64,000 nucleotides of DNA, taken from NCBI GenBank assembly GCA_028286885.1, contig JAQBQS010000003.1, positions 44,607-108,606 on the forward strand, in the 5' to 3' direction. Position 1 is the stretch's first letter; each line of letters starts with the position of its first letter. Source of the stretch: Patescibacteria group bacterium (GTDB lineage Bacteria; Patescibacteriota; Minisyncoccia; Phycocordibacterales; UBA1006). Position numbers and translations under genes: made by a program. The notes beneath the pieces were generated by a model. The model worked only from the letters and a program-made list of their open reading frames with translations. It was not told where the DNA came from and did no database searches. Of this stretch, positions 19,746 to 28,264 are shown in pieces.

Positions 19746-20723
19746 ATGATGAACCTTTCAATCGTCCTGCCTTCAAAACTCAAAATCGTTTCAAGCGACG
19801 ATCGGCGCGGAATTTTCGAAATAGAAGGGTTGTACCCGGGATACGGACATACGCTTGGAAACTCCTTGCGCCGTATTATCTATTCTTCGATTCCAGGAGC
19901 GGCGATCACGAGCGTAAAAATCAAGGGAGCCGATCATGAATTCTCAACGCTTGCGGGCGTTCGCGAAGACGTGATGACGATCATCTTGAACTTGAAAAAA
20001 GTAAGGTTCCAGATCGCAGGCGACGAACCACAGGCGGCAACGCTTTCGGTTAAAAGCGGCATCGTAACGGCTGGGGATTTCCAGGTACCGGGCGGACTCG
20101 TGGTGATGAACCCCGAGCAGCCTATTGCCGAGATTTCAGGCAAGGGAGATCTCTCAATCGACATTGTCGTTGAGAAAGGCCTCGGATTCGTTCCTCGAGA
20201 AATGCTTTCCAAGGAAAAAGTTGACGTTGGAACGATCATGACAGACGCGCGATTTTCTCCTGTCGTTGGCGCAAGCTACGACGTAGAAGACATGCGTGTC
20301 GGCGATCGAACGAACTACAACCGCCTTCGAATGACGATCGATACCGACGGTTCAGTATCTCCAAAAGAGGTGCTCGAGCTCTCGATGAAGATCATGCTCG
20401 ACCAGTTCCGCGCGATCCTCGATCTCAAGGAAATTGCCGAGACAAAGATGCCTGAGCCAATGCGCGACATTGCACCGATGTCTGAATCTTCTGAGCCAGA
20501 AATGGACAAGGAAGACTTGACGGAGATGTTGAAAACTCGTATTGATTCATTGCAGCTTTCAACGCGAACCCTCAACGCACTTTCAGATGCGGGAATCCGA
20601 ACAGTCGGAGGATTGCTCCAGAAGACGGAGGAAGGTTTGCTTGATCTCGACGGATTCGGCGAGAAGGGATTGAATGAAGTAAAGGATGTGCTTTCGAGCT
20701 ACGGACTCTCACTTAAGAAATAA
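19746..20723 (+). CDS. rpoA: DNA-directed RNA polymerase alpha subunit
   Basis: N-terminal domain LGNSLRRIIYSSIPGAAITSVKIKG and C-terminal domain (SLQLSTRTLNALSDAGIRTVGGLL). Confidence 0.9.
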   Translation: MMNLSIVLPSKLKIVSSDDRRGIFEIEGLYPGYGHTLGNSLRRIIYSSIPGAAITSVKIKGADHEFSTLAGVREDVMTIILNLKKVRFQIAGDEPQAATLSVKSGIVTAGDFQVPGGLVVMNPEQPIAEISGKGDLSIDIVVEKGLGFVPREMLSKEKVDVGTIMTDARFSPVVGASYDVEDMRVGDRTNYNRLRMTIDTDGSVSPKEVLELSMKIMLDQFRAILDLKEIAETKMPEPMRDIAPMSESSEPEMDKEDLTEMLKTRIDSLQLSTRTLNALSDAGIRTVGGLLQKTEEGLLDLDGFGEKGLNEVKDVLSSYGLSLKK

Positions 20724-20727
20724 ATTT

Positions 20728-21087
20728 ATGCGACATCATGATAACAACCGAAAATTCGGACGCGAGCGGAAAGTGCGCATTGCATTTCTTCGCGGTTTGA
20801 TTCGGGCACTTGTCATCAACGGGCGAATCCAGACCACGCTTCCGCGTGCCAAGGAGATCCGGCCGATGGTTGAGAAGATGGTTACTGTTGCCAAGAAAGG
20901 CAATGCTGACCTGTCGGCGATTCGAAATCTTGCCGCCGATATGGGCGGACAGATCGACGTCGCTCGCGAGCTCGTAAAGAACATTGCTCCGAAATATGCT
21001 GACCGAAAGGGAGGCTACATCCGAATCTTGAAATTGCCAAACCGACTCTCTGACGGGAGCGAGATGGCATTGATCGAGTTCGTATAA
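20728..21087 (+). CDS. rplQ: 50S ribosomal protein L17
   Basis: MRHHDNNRKFGRERKVRIAFLRGLIRALVINGRIQTTLPRAKEIRPMVEK. Confidence 0.9.
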   Translation: MRHHDNNRKFGRERKVRIAFLRGLIRALVINGRIQTTLPRAKEIRPMVEKMVTVAKKGNADLSAIRNLAADMGGQIDVARELVKNIAPKYADRKGGYIRILKLPNRLSDGSEMALIEFV

Positions 21088-21109
21088 TTACTAAATTAGA
21101 CCAAACACC

Positions 21110-21451
21110 ATGGAACATACTATTGATGCAACAGGGAAAAAGCTTGGCCGTGTCGCTTCACTTGCCGCCGCCTATTTGCGAGGCAAGTACGATACGGGAT
21201 TTGCACCCAATAAAGTTTCCAAGGTCAAAGTGACGATCACCAATGCATCGAAACTCGACCTTTCGGAAAAACGACTCGAGGAGGAATACCAGAGCTACTC
21301 AGGATACCCAGGAGGACTCAAGAAGGAGTCGCGAGGGCACCTGATCGGTCGACGAGGTATGAAGGAAGCCGTCATGCGAACAGTCCGAGGAATGCTTCCT
21401 CGAAACAAGCTTCGCACGCCGATGCTTAAGAATTTGATCATCAACGACTAA
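21110..21451 (+). CDS. rplM: 50S ribosomal protein L13 (short, 113 aa)
   Basis: IDATGKKLGRVASLAA.YLRGK... is the L13 N-terminal block, in the rplM-rpsI operon position. Confidence 0.8.
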   Translation: MEHTIDATGKKLGRVASLAAAYLRGKYDTGFAPNKVSKVKVTITNASKLDLSEKRLEEEYQSYSGYPGGLKKESRGHLIGRRGMKEAVMRTVRGMLPRNKLRTPMLKNLIIND

Positions 21452-21456
21452 TTATT

Positions 21457-21864
21457 ATGGCAACAGCAAAAACAGCAACCTACATCGCCGCTATCGGACG
21501 ACGCAAAACGTCAACCGCTCGCGTACGCCTCACCGAAGCATCTGCGGCTTCGTTCATCGTGAACGACAAGCCTCTTGAAAAATACTTTGCGACCAAGGAC
21601 CTCGTCCGCGTAGCGAAGGAATCTCTCGAGAAGCCGAAGGACGTCAAAGACTATGCCATCACCGTCGTCGTCAAGGGAGGAGGAGTTCACAGCCAGGCCG
21701 AGGCCATCCGCCACGGAATCGCTCGAGCACTTTCTACAACTGACGAGACGATGAAGTCAGAAGTCAAAAAGCTTGGATTCCTGAAACGAGACGCTCGATC
21801 AAAAGAGCGCCGCAAGTTCGGACTCAAGAAGGCTCGAAAGAGCTCACAGTGGTCGAAGCGATAA
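21457..21864 (+). CDS. rpsI: 30S ribosomal protein S9
   Basis: GRRKTSTARVRL..., ...GGGVHSQAEAIRHGIARAL and the C-terminal basic tail KERRKFGLKKARKSSQWSKR. Confidence 0.9.
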   Translation: MATAKTATYIAAIGRRKTSTARVRLTEASAASFIVNDKPLEKYFATKDLVRVAKESLEKPKDVKDYAITVVVKGGGVHSQAEAIRHGIARALSTTDETMKSEVKKLGFLKRDARSKERRKFGLKKARKSSQWSKR

Positions 21865-21923
21865 TTTCGCGAGACTCGAAAAACGTCCCGGAAGGGACTT
21901 TTTTCTTGGCAAAAAATCCTGGC

Positions 21924-21960
21924 AGTTTTGCCGAAAGAGGACTATACTAAAGCCATGTAG
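21924..21960 (+). promoter_or_regulatory. TTTTGCCGAAAG-TATACT-N6-ATG-TAG: promoter-like motif driving a start-stop mini-ORF
   Basis: ttttgccgaaagaggactatactaaagccATGTAG, followed by the hairpin tccccggattccgggag, in the 5' region of the Thr-rich protein gene. Confidence 0.35.
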
Positions 21961-22020
21961 TCCCCGGATTCCGGGAGCTGCTTATTACTTATTAATTATA
22001 ATTTCTCACCTAGAACTAGT

Positions 22021-22464
22021 ATGGAAAATAATATGAATGGAATGGGCAGCATGGACAAGAAGAGCTCAACGACAGGATGGATTATTGGAATCATCGCCCT
22101 GATCGTTGTCGTTGCCATTATCTGGATCGCAGTCGCGAGCAGCAAGAAATCAGCCGATACGGCGATGCCGGCTCCGGTTGATACGTCTGCAATGAACGGC
22201 ACGCCGGCAACTGGATCAACTTCAACAAAGAGTACAACAGGAGCGACGTCTGCGGCAGGCGCACCAACGACTGCGCCTAAGACAGGAACGGTTCCAACGA
22301 CGACGACGGGAACAACCTCTACCGGCACGACTCCGGCTTCAACTGGAACAACAAACACGACAGGAACATCAGGTCCGCAGAACGGAACGACGTCAGCACA
22401 GGGCAACGGCGGCGCTGGAAATATCACGACAACTTCGACAAGCACGACGACCAAGTCAAACTAA
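22021..22464 (+). CDS. Thr/Gly/Ser-rich low-complexity membrane-anchored protein
   Basis: TM TGWIIGIIALIVVVAIIWIAVA, then T/G/S/A/P low-complexity sequence. The opposite-strand ORF 21996..22454 is its P/V-rich shadow. Confidence 0.45.
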   Translation: MENNMNGMGSMDKKSSTTGWIIGIIALIVVVAIIWIAVASSKKSADTAMPAPVDTSAMNGTPATGSTSTKSTTGATSAAGAPTTAPKTGTVPTTTTGTTSTGTTPASTGTTNTTGTSGPQNGTTSAQGNGGAGNITTTSTSTTTKSN

Positions 22465-22486
22465 TTGCGTTTTGCAATGCCAAGAA

Positions 22487-22510
22487 GCCCGCACAGAGCG
22501 GGTTTTTTCT
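22487..22510 (+). terminator. intrinsic terminator
   Basis: gcccgcacagagcgggttttttc. Confidence 0.6.
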
Positions 22511-22547
22511 TTATCTATAATTTATTCTAAAAAGATACCATTAATAA

Positions 22548-23000
22548 ATGGATAAGTTGGTCGCACATAGATTTTTCAAGAAGCATGTAAAAGATACTGA
22601 ACGCCATGCGTACGTTGTTATAGAAGAAGTAATTCTATGTTCTTTAACCAAAGCAGTTTCGATTACTATTGGAATTTCGAGTTCAAAGGCATATCTTTCG
22701 AGTCGTGCCGTAAAGCATGTCTACGACAAGCGTCCGGCACAGGAATTTGACATGCTCATTCAAAATCTTCCATCGATTGTCAAATATCCTGATTGCATTT
22801 ATAAAAACAAAAATGCAAAACGCGGATCGTTTTGCTTCGTAAAAAATATAAGAGGAATTCTTTATTTGTGTTCGCTCGAACAAGCGGAGCTGGAAGGAGA
22901 ATCAGTGCTTCAAGTAGCAACATTTTTCAGAACGACTGAAGATTATCTAAAAAATTACGAACTCTTGTGGGAGTGGAAGGGTGGCACTCCTTCATCGTAA
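22548..23000 (+). CDS. hypothetical protein
   Basis: 150-aa ORF. No homology recognised. Confidence 0.4.
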   Translation: MDKLVAHRFFKKHVKDTERHAYVVIEEVILCSLTKAVSITIGISSSKAYLSSRAVKHVYDKRPAQEFDMLIQNLPSIVKYPDCIYKNKNAKRGSFCFVKNIRGILYLCSLEQAELEGESVLQVATFFRTTEDYLKNYELLWEWKGGTPSS

Positions 23001-23164
23001 CGCTTTTGATGCCGGTTGCCCGGTCTACTCGCGCCCCGCAGTAGAGCCTTTCTGCTTTTCGCTCCCGCAAGAAATCGTAATTGTATTTGAAGTATACAGG
23101 AAATTTTTGTCAAGTCAATCTTCTGGCGTAATAAATTTATAAAAACTTTATATTTAAGGGGATA

Positions 23165-23205
23165 TCTTTTTTCCTGGCGAAAATTTGCTATAATGCCGCC
23201 ATATG
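23165..23205 (+). promoter_or_regulatory. TTCCTGGCGAAAA-TGCTATAAT-N8-ATG promoter-like motif
   Basis: tcttttttcctggcgaaaatttgctataatgccgccatATG before grpE. Confidence 0.5.
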
Positions 23206-23835
23206 AATGACGAAAACAACATCACAAATGAAGAATTGGAAATCCGTCCCGAGGAACTCGAATCTGCGGACTTCGTCACGCCGGAGCCTTTGGCGGAGGC
23301 GGACGATGTCGAATTCGTCGATACTGATTCGATGGGCGATGAGCTCAAAGACAAGGCTAAATTGAAAAATCTTCGCGAGGAATTGAAGAAAGTTCAGATC
23401 GAATCACGCGATAACCTGACGGCTTTGCAGCGAAGCCGCGCTGATTACGTGAACCTGAAAAAAGAATTGGACGAGGTTCGCGAAACGACAAAGAAAAAAA
23501 TTACCGAGAAAGTCCTCGGCGATTTTCTGCCGGTACTCGACTCGTTTGATATGGCGATGGGGAATCAGACTGCGTGGGAAGCGGTAGATAAAAACTGGCG
23601 CATGGGTGTCGAGTACATCTACAGCCAGCTCAAGAATACGCTCGAGAATAACAGTGTCGAGGCGATCGACAAAGTCGGTGTGGACTTTGATCCGAACTTG
23701 CATGAGCCGATTGAAACTAAGGAAACAGATGACGCTTCTCTTGATCATAAGATCGAGAAGATTATCCAGAAGGGTTACAAGATGGGCGAGCGAATCATTC
23801 GTCCGGCACGCGTTGTTGTGTGGAAGGTACAATAA
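23203..23835 (+). CDS. grpE: nucleotide exchange factor GrpE
   Basis: Coiled-coil N-terminus, then LDSFDMAM and the C-terminal beta domain (GYKMGERIIRPARVVV). Confidence 0.8.
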   Translation: MNDENNITNEELEIRPEELESADFVTPEPLAEADDVEFVDTDSMGDELKDKAKLKNLREELKKVQIESRDNLTALQRSRADYVNLKKELDEVRETTKKKITEKVLGDFLPVLDSFDMAMGNQTAWEAVDKNWRMGVEYIYSQLKNTLENNSVEAIDKVGVDFDPNLHEPIETKETDDASLDHKIEKIIQKGYKMGERIIRPARVVVWKVQ

Positions 23836-23838
23836 AGT

Positions 23839-24396
23839 ATGAGAAATCTTATATTTCTCAGCGGAATTAATGGTTCAGGCAAATCAACGATTGCGAAGCG
23901 TCTTTCAGAAAAAACAGATATTCCATTTTTTGAAGGTTCCAAAATTTTGATGAAGCATTTTGGACTTGCTGCCGGCGATTACGATGCCTTGCGGGCAATA
24001 CCGCTTGAGGATCAGCTGAAGGGAAATGTGGCAGCGCTGAAACAAATAAGCCAGGAGCATGAAAAAGCAATCGCCATAGGTCACTTCATGCTTACCATCA
24101 AAGGCACAACGCAGCCCTTTCTTGGCGATTGGTTCAATGACTGCCTATGCTTGATCCATTTGTGGAATGATCCCGATGTTATTTTGAAACGCATTGAAGA
24201 CGATGAAAGAGATCGAAAACTTTTTTCGCAACTGAACGCATCGCTTGATGAGAAAATAAAATTCATCAAAGAAACGCAAGAAAAATCGATTGAATGCGCC
24301 AAGCAGATTTCGGAACAATACGGCATTCCTCTGATTATGATTAAAAATGATCTTATAGAAGATTCAGTGAATCAGATCATAGAAAACATTTTATAA
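23839..24396 (+). CDS. P-loop NTPase (putative nucleotide/nucleoside kinase-like ATP-binding protein)
   Basis: Walker A GINGSGKST near the N-terminus. 185 aa. Confidence 0.5.
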   Translation: MRNLIFLSGINGSGKSTIAKRLSEKTDIPFFEGSKILMKHFGLAAGDYDALRAIPLEDQLKGNVAALKQISQEHEKAIAIGHFMLTIKGTTQPFLGDWFNDCLCLIHLWNDPDVILKRIEDDERDRKLFSQLNASLDEKIKFIKETQEKSIECAKQISEQYGIPLIMIKNDLIEDSVNQIIENIL

Positions 24397-24420
24397 ATAA
24401 AAGACCCCCAAAGAGGTCTT

Positions 24421-24771
24421 TTATTTTTTCTTTAAATCTAGATTTGCAATCATCGCAATCACCGTCGCGCCGATGATGTCGCCAGCGGTGTCGTAGAAAT
24501 ACCGCATCTTGGTTCCGTAGATTGCCAAGACTGCCGCCCAGTTCGGCGTTTCGATAAAAATCTCGATTCCTTCCCATAGTATTGCAATGCCGAGTACGAT
24601 GAGCACCGTCTGCCAATAGGAAAAACGCGTGCGGATAATCTTGGCAAGGATTGCGCCGCCGATGATGTGCATCCAGATGCCTTCGTTCATGCCGAACGCG
24701 TAGGTGATAAATGAGGAGCTATGCATGAGTCCGACGAATGATGCCCACGCGTGCATGAGAAAATGTTGCAT
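24421..24771 (-). CDS. small polytopic membrane protein
   Basis: 3-4 TM helices. ATG at 24771 preferred; the ORF track opens at a TTG at 24807 that would overlap the upstream gene. Confidence 0.45.
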   Translation of the reverse strand: MQHFLMHAWASFVGLMHSSSFITYAFGMNEGIWMHIIGGAILAKIIRTRFSYWQTVLIVLGIAILWEGIEIFIETPNWAAVLAIYGTKMRYFYDTAGDIIGATVIAMIANLDLKKK

Positions 24772-24784
24772 AAGAGTATTATAC

Positions 24785-25375
24785 CTACCGTATGAATCTT
24801 CGCGCAATGGACTTGTGTGCGATGACGAACATCATGGCAATGCCAAGAAGCGTAAGGTAGATGCTGAATCCCGCAGTAGGAATCGTCCACACCGTGAGCG
24901 TTGCAAGCCCGATAACATTTCCAATTCCTCCAAGCACGTACATCATGAGCGATTCGGTTTTCGGAGCTTTCCATGTCTTGATGATTGTCGGCAATGCCGC
25001 GAAAATATCCGCGATGATGGCAACGATGGTTGCGAGTACGGGATCATGGGCAAAAATCCAAACAATGATGGCGATCAAGGAAAAAAGTCCGCTTGCGTAT
25101 TCAACCGTTCCGGTTTTCCAAGGCTTGTGTTTCGAGAAAAATGTAAGTCCTAAAATAAACAAGGGAGCAGCTCCCGCAAGCAAAAGAGGAATCGCAGAAA
25201 ACGGCGCGCCATTGGAAATCGCGATCGCAAATCCGATCAGCGGCGCGAGCGCCCACAAGATCAAGCTTACGCGATCAGGCTTGAGATTCCCCGACACCGT
25301 ACCGCGCGTCACGATGACGAGCGAAATTAGTTTCAAGGGAATCAAGAGGAGTAGTGCCGAAAAGGGAAGAATCAT
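24785..25375 (-). CDS. hypothetical polytopic membrane protein
   Basis: 196 aa with 5-6 hydrophobic helices. No family recognised. Confidence 0.5.
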   Translation of the reverse strand: MILPFSALLLLIPLKLISLVIVTRGTVSGNLKPDRVSLILWALAPLIGFAIAISNGAPFSAIPLLLAGAAPLFILGLTFFSKHKPWKTGTVEYASGLFSLIAIIVWIFAHDPVLATIVAIIADIFAALPTIIKTWKAPKTESLMMYVLGGIGNVIGLATLTVWTIPTAGFSIYLTLLGIAMMFVIAHKSIARRFIR

Positions 25376-25449
25376 TGGACAAGTATAGCAAGTTTTTTAT
25401 TTCTGAAATGAAAAATAAAAAACTGCCTCAGTAAGGCAGTTTTATGGAT

Positions 25450-25602
25450 TTAGATTGTTGATCTCACGGTCATTATTGCGCCGGCCGCAAAGATAATTAT
25501 TCCGGCAATAGGATTTGCAACTATTGCTATGAGGCCGCCAATGAGTGCGATCACGATACCGATTTTCCAAGGAGAAAGTTCTTTTTCTTGTTGATGTTCC
25601 AT
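25450..25602 (-). CDS. putative 50-aa small membrane protein
   Basis: MEHQQEKELSPWKIGIVIALIGGLIAIVANPIAGIIIFAAGAIMTVRSTI, below the ORF-track cutoff. A minus-strand hairpin plus T-run terminator (25409..25441) follows it. Confidence 0.3.
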   Translation of the reverse strand: MEHQQEKELSPWKIGIVIALIGGLIAIVANPIAGIIIFAAGAIMTVRSTI

Positions 25603-25656
25603 ACGTATAATGTTTGCGAGTTTTTAGAAATTTGGTTAAATATAATATAATTAATT

Positions 25657-26193
25657 CTACTTGTCAAACATTTGAACCAAACTTTTCTCCGTCTCCTCGT
25701 CAATCGAATCCGTCACGATTACCATCATCTCGGTTGTGAGCCCCAAATCCTTTTTGATATTCATGAACATATGCTCAAACGGAAACGGAGAAATCCAAGC
25801 TGAATTCTTGAGCATGACAAAGCCGGCTTTTTTCAAAAGATAGCGCAAAGATTCTCGTTCATTTTTTCGAGACTCCGGAAGGTCGAGCATGACGATCCGC
25901 CATTTGCCGTCCCAGTTGGGGACGAGGGAATCCGCGGCCTCCAATTTCTGGCTGACGGCCTTTCGGCGGCCGACAGTGGTTAGTCGGGCATAGTCGTTTT
26001 GGCCCGAGAAATGGCTCTCTACCAGTCCCGATTCGCGCAGGTTGCGAAGTGACCGAGCCAGGGCATAGCGCTCCTTGGGAGCCAGTTTTGAGCCTTCAGA
26101 ACCTATTTTGCCTTCGAGTTCAGGCACCGAAATAGCCTTGTTTTCGGCAAGGATTTTAAGGATCTTTTTTGAATAGTCGGGTTTGCTTGGCAT
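25657..26193 (-). CDS. PaaX-family winged-helix transcriptional regulator
   Basis: N-terminal wHTH plus C-terminal WDGKWRIVMLDLPESRKNERESLRYLLKKAGFVMLKNSAWISP, resembling the PaaX C-terminal domain. Confidence 0.55.
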   Translation of the reverse strand: MPSKPDYSKKILKILAENKAISVPELEGKIGSEGSKLAPKERYALARSLRNLRESGLVESHFSGQNDYARLTTVGRRKAVSQKLEAADSLVPNWDGKWRIVMLDLPESRKNERESLRYLLKKAGFVMLKNSAWISPFPFEHMFMNIKKDLGLTTEMMVIVTDSIDEETEKSLVQMFDK

Positions 26194-26426
26194 AATGAAA
26201 TTATCTTTATTTTACATCTATTTTATGATAGTATTCTCCTAATGCGAAATAATGCAGATTTGTTCTTTGGTCCTGAAAAATAGAACGATCCAATCTCATA
26301 AATAAAGGTTTTGTGATGGATCACAAGAAGGCGTAACCGGAAGGGCGTCTTTTTTATTTGACTTTGAAGCAAAAATGGAATATCTTTGGATTAGTCAAAG
26401 TGTGCTGTCCGGGTATCACTGGGCGA

Positions 26427-26700
26427 ATCGGCAATCCTACGGGTTGCTGATTTTTTTCTTGACATAGGAACTTGTTATGCTATAATTCAAATGTGTTTTT
26501 TCTACTTCCAGTATTCGGTAGGCGCGTACTGGCGGGGATCGGCGTTCGCAAGAATGCCGGTTTTTTTATTGACGAGAACCCCGATAACTGCTAAATTAGC
26601 TGTCCATAGTTCCAAGTTGCCTGCCCTGAAGGCGACAAGCGGTGTCCTGCAAAGGATGCCGCTTTTTTTCTTGACATAGAAAAACGATATCACTATAATG
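26427..26700 (+). promoter_or_regulatory. array of three tandem terminator-promoter units
   Basis: Hairpin/T-run terminators at 26430..26456, 26541..26567 and 26641..26669. Each is followed by a promoter: TTGACA-16-TATAAT (26458..26485), TTGACG-17-TAAATT (26569..26597) and TTGACA-17-TATAAT (26671..26699). Units 1 and 3 are near-identical. Confidence 0.5.
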
Positions 26701-26807
26701 GCCTTTGTACAAGGTTTTCGCGATCGCGGAAGACTTGTTGAAATCTTGAAAATTACTTTATTTTTAAATTATTTGGAATTTATTAACTTTTAATTGAACC
26801 TTAAAAA

Positions 26808-27359
26808 ATGGAACAAAAATCAGCATTGCTTGTCATGGATATGCAAATGGGAATCCTTGGTAATTATCTCGATGCTGATGAATTGTTGGATCGCGTATCG
26901 GTTGCCATTGAAAAAGCGCGGACGAAAGGCATTCCGGTCATGTACGTGCATTTGGGATTTCGTCCCGGCGGTCCGGAACTGAATCCGGAAAATAGATTCT
27001 TCCAGCGTTTCAAGCGGGAAGAATTTACTCCGGCATTCATGGAGCGGTTCATGCAGATCCATCCCAAGATCGCGCCAAAGGATGGCGACATCATAATTGA
27101 AAAACGCCGCGTGTCGGCATTCTCGGGAAGCGATTTGGAAGTCATCCTTCGAGCGCAGGGAATCAAGCATCTGATCCTTTCAGGAATTTCTACGTCCGGC
27201 GTCGTCCTCTCGACGACGCGCGAGGCGGCTGACAAGGATTACAAGATCACAATCTTGTCGGATTGCTGCGCCGATAGCGACAAGGAAGTTCATGAAGTTC
27301 TGTTAGAAAAAGTGTTGAACCGGCAGGCGGAAGTGGTGAGGGTAGAGGATTGGAAATAA
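26808..27359 (+). CDS. isochorismatase-family cysteine hydrolase
   Basis: N-terminal ALLVMDMQ block and a conserved C-terminal segment (HLILSGISTSGVVLSTTREAAD) typical of the isochorismatase fold. Confidence 0.7.
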   Translation: MEQKSALLVMDMQMGILGNYLDADELLDRVSVAIEKARTKGIPVMYVHLGFRPGGPELNPENRFFQRFKREEFTPAFMERFMQIHPKIAPKDGDIIIEKRRVSAFSGSDLEVILRAQGIKHLILSGISTSGVVLSTTREAADKDYKITILSDCCADSDKEVHEVLLEKVLNRQAEVVRVEDWK

Positions 27360-27363
27360 TCAT

Positions 27364-27819
27364 ATGTACTCTCCATTAGAACAAAAACCGAAAGTACTTG
27401 AACTAATTGGATTATTCATTGTACTTTTCAATGGAATTGATAGTAGGTTAGGAACAGAATTCTATTGGATACTAGATCAAACAGATCGAAAGAAAAGACC
27501 AATTTTAGATTTTCTAGAAACTCAGCAAACGTCTTCTAAAATTGAAATTTTGAAGGAAATTCTCGGTCCTGATCTCTATAAAGAATTAGGAGAATTAAAT
27601 AAATTTAGAAATCAACTGTGTCACGGAATGTATGGAGTGAATCTTGCTACAGGAGAAATTTCAAATACCAAAAGACTAAAGAAACCAGCAAAAAAGTCTA
27701 AAACTCCATATTTTAAAATAGAATCTATAAATGAAAAGATTCTTGAAAAATATATTGAAAGGGAAAGGTCTGTTTTGCAGGAATTTTATAAGCTGGCGCT
27801 GTCGAGATTACCAAAATAA
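27364..27819 (+). CDS. hypothetical protein with a possible HEPN-like Rx4H motif, in an AT-rich insert
   Basis: ~30% GC versus ~48% in the flanks. NKFRNQLCHG fits the HEPN Rx4-6H signature. Only 4 nt after the isochorismatase stop. Confidence 0.4.
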   Translation: MYSPLEQKPKVLELIGLFIVLFNGIDSRLGTEFYWILDQTDRKKRPILDFLETQQTSSKIEILKEILGPDLYKELGELNKFRNQLCHGMYGVNLATGEISNTKRLKKPAKKSKTPYFKIESINEKILEKYIERERSVLQEFYKLALSRLPK

Positions 27820-27831
27820 TTTTTTTAGTTT

Positions 27832-28251
27832 ATGCCTAATGAAAACTGGAAGTCCTTAGAGGATCAATTAGGAAATCTTAATAATCAAGTTGATGATATT
27901 AAAGATATTCTTAAATCTACAAAAAGTTCGAATGAAAGTGATTTGAAAGAAATCAATAAAAATTCTGAAAAAATAAGAGACATTAATTCTGAATTGTCTG
28001 AATTAAACAGAAATGTAGAAAAAATAAAAGACGAGATTGCATCTCAAAATAAATCAGGTGTTGATTACCAATTAGATGAGTTAGAAAGAATAAATAAAAA
28101 TGTTGAGAGTATTAAAGATATAGCAGAACATCAAATACTTTCTAAAATCAATCAGCATTTAGCCGCAACAAGGAAGATTGTTAATTTGTTGATACCAATT
28201 TTTATTGTACTAGTTGCAATTTTGGTAGAACTAATCAAACTTACAAATTAA
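27832..28251 (+). CDS. coiled-coil protein with C-terminal TM anchor, in the AT-rich insert
   Basis: Repetitive heptad-like sequence (NLNNQVDDIKDILK..., ELNRNVEKIKDEI..., INKNVESIKDIAE...) ending in the TM LLIPIFIVLVAILVELI. Confidence 0.4.
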   Translation: MPNENWKSLEDQLGNLNNQVDDIKDILKSTKSSNESDLKEINKNSEKIRDINSELSELNRNVEKIKDEIASQNKSGVDYQLDELERINKNVESIKDIAEHQILSKINQHLAATRKIVNLLIPIFIVLVAILVELIKLTN

Positions 28252-28264
28252 TTTTTAAAATCAT

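Noticed and set aside
21996-22454. 152-aa minus-strand P/V-rich ORF
   Set aside because: It is the mirror image of the + strand Thr/Gly-rich low-complexity gene and is a shadow ORF.
22021-22464. Possible antifreeze/mucin-like function for the Thr-rich protein
   Set aside because: That would be pure speculation from composition. Only the low complexity and the TM anchor can be stated.
23000-23070. GC-rich imperfect palindrome (ccggtctactcgcgccccgcagtagagcc) after gene 22548..23000
   Set aside because: It resembles the GC-rich element family only loosely, with no clear terminal CCTCACC-type ends. It is more probably a terminator-like hairpin.
24704-25388. Two overlapping + strand ORFs (149 aa and 175 aa) across the 24785..25375 minus-strand membrane gene
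   Set aside because: Shadow ORFs. The minus-strand frames encode coherent TM helices.
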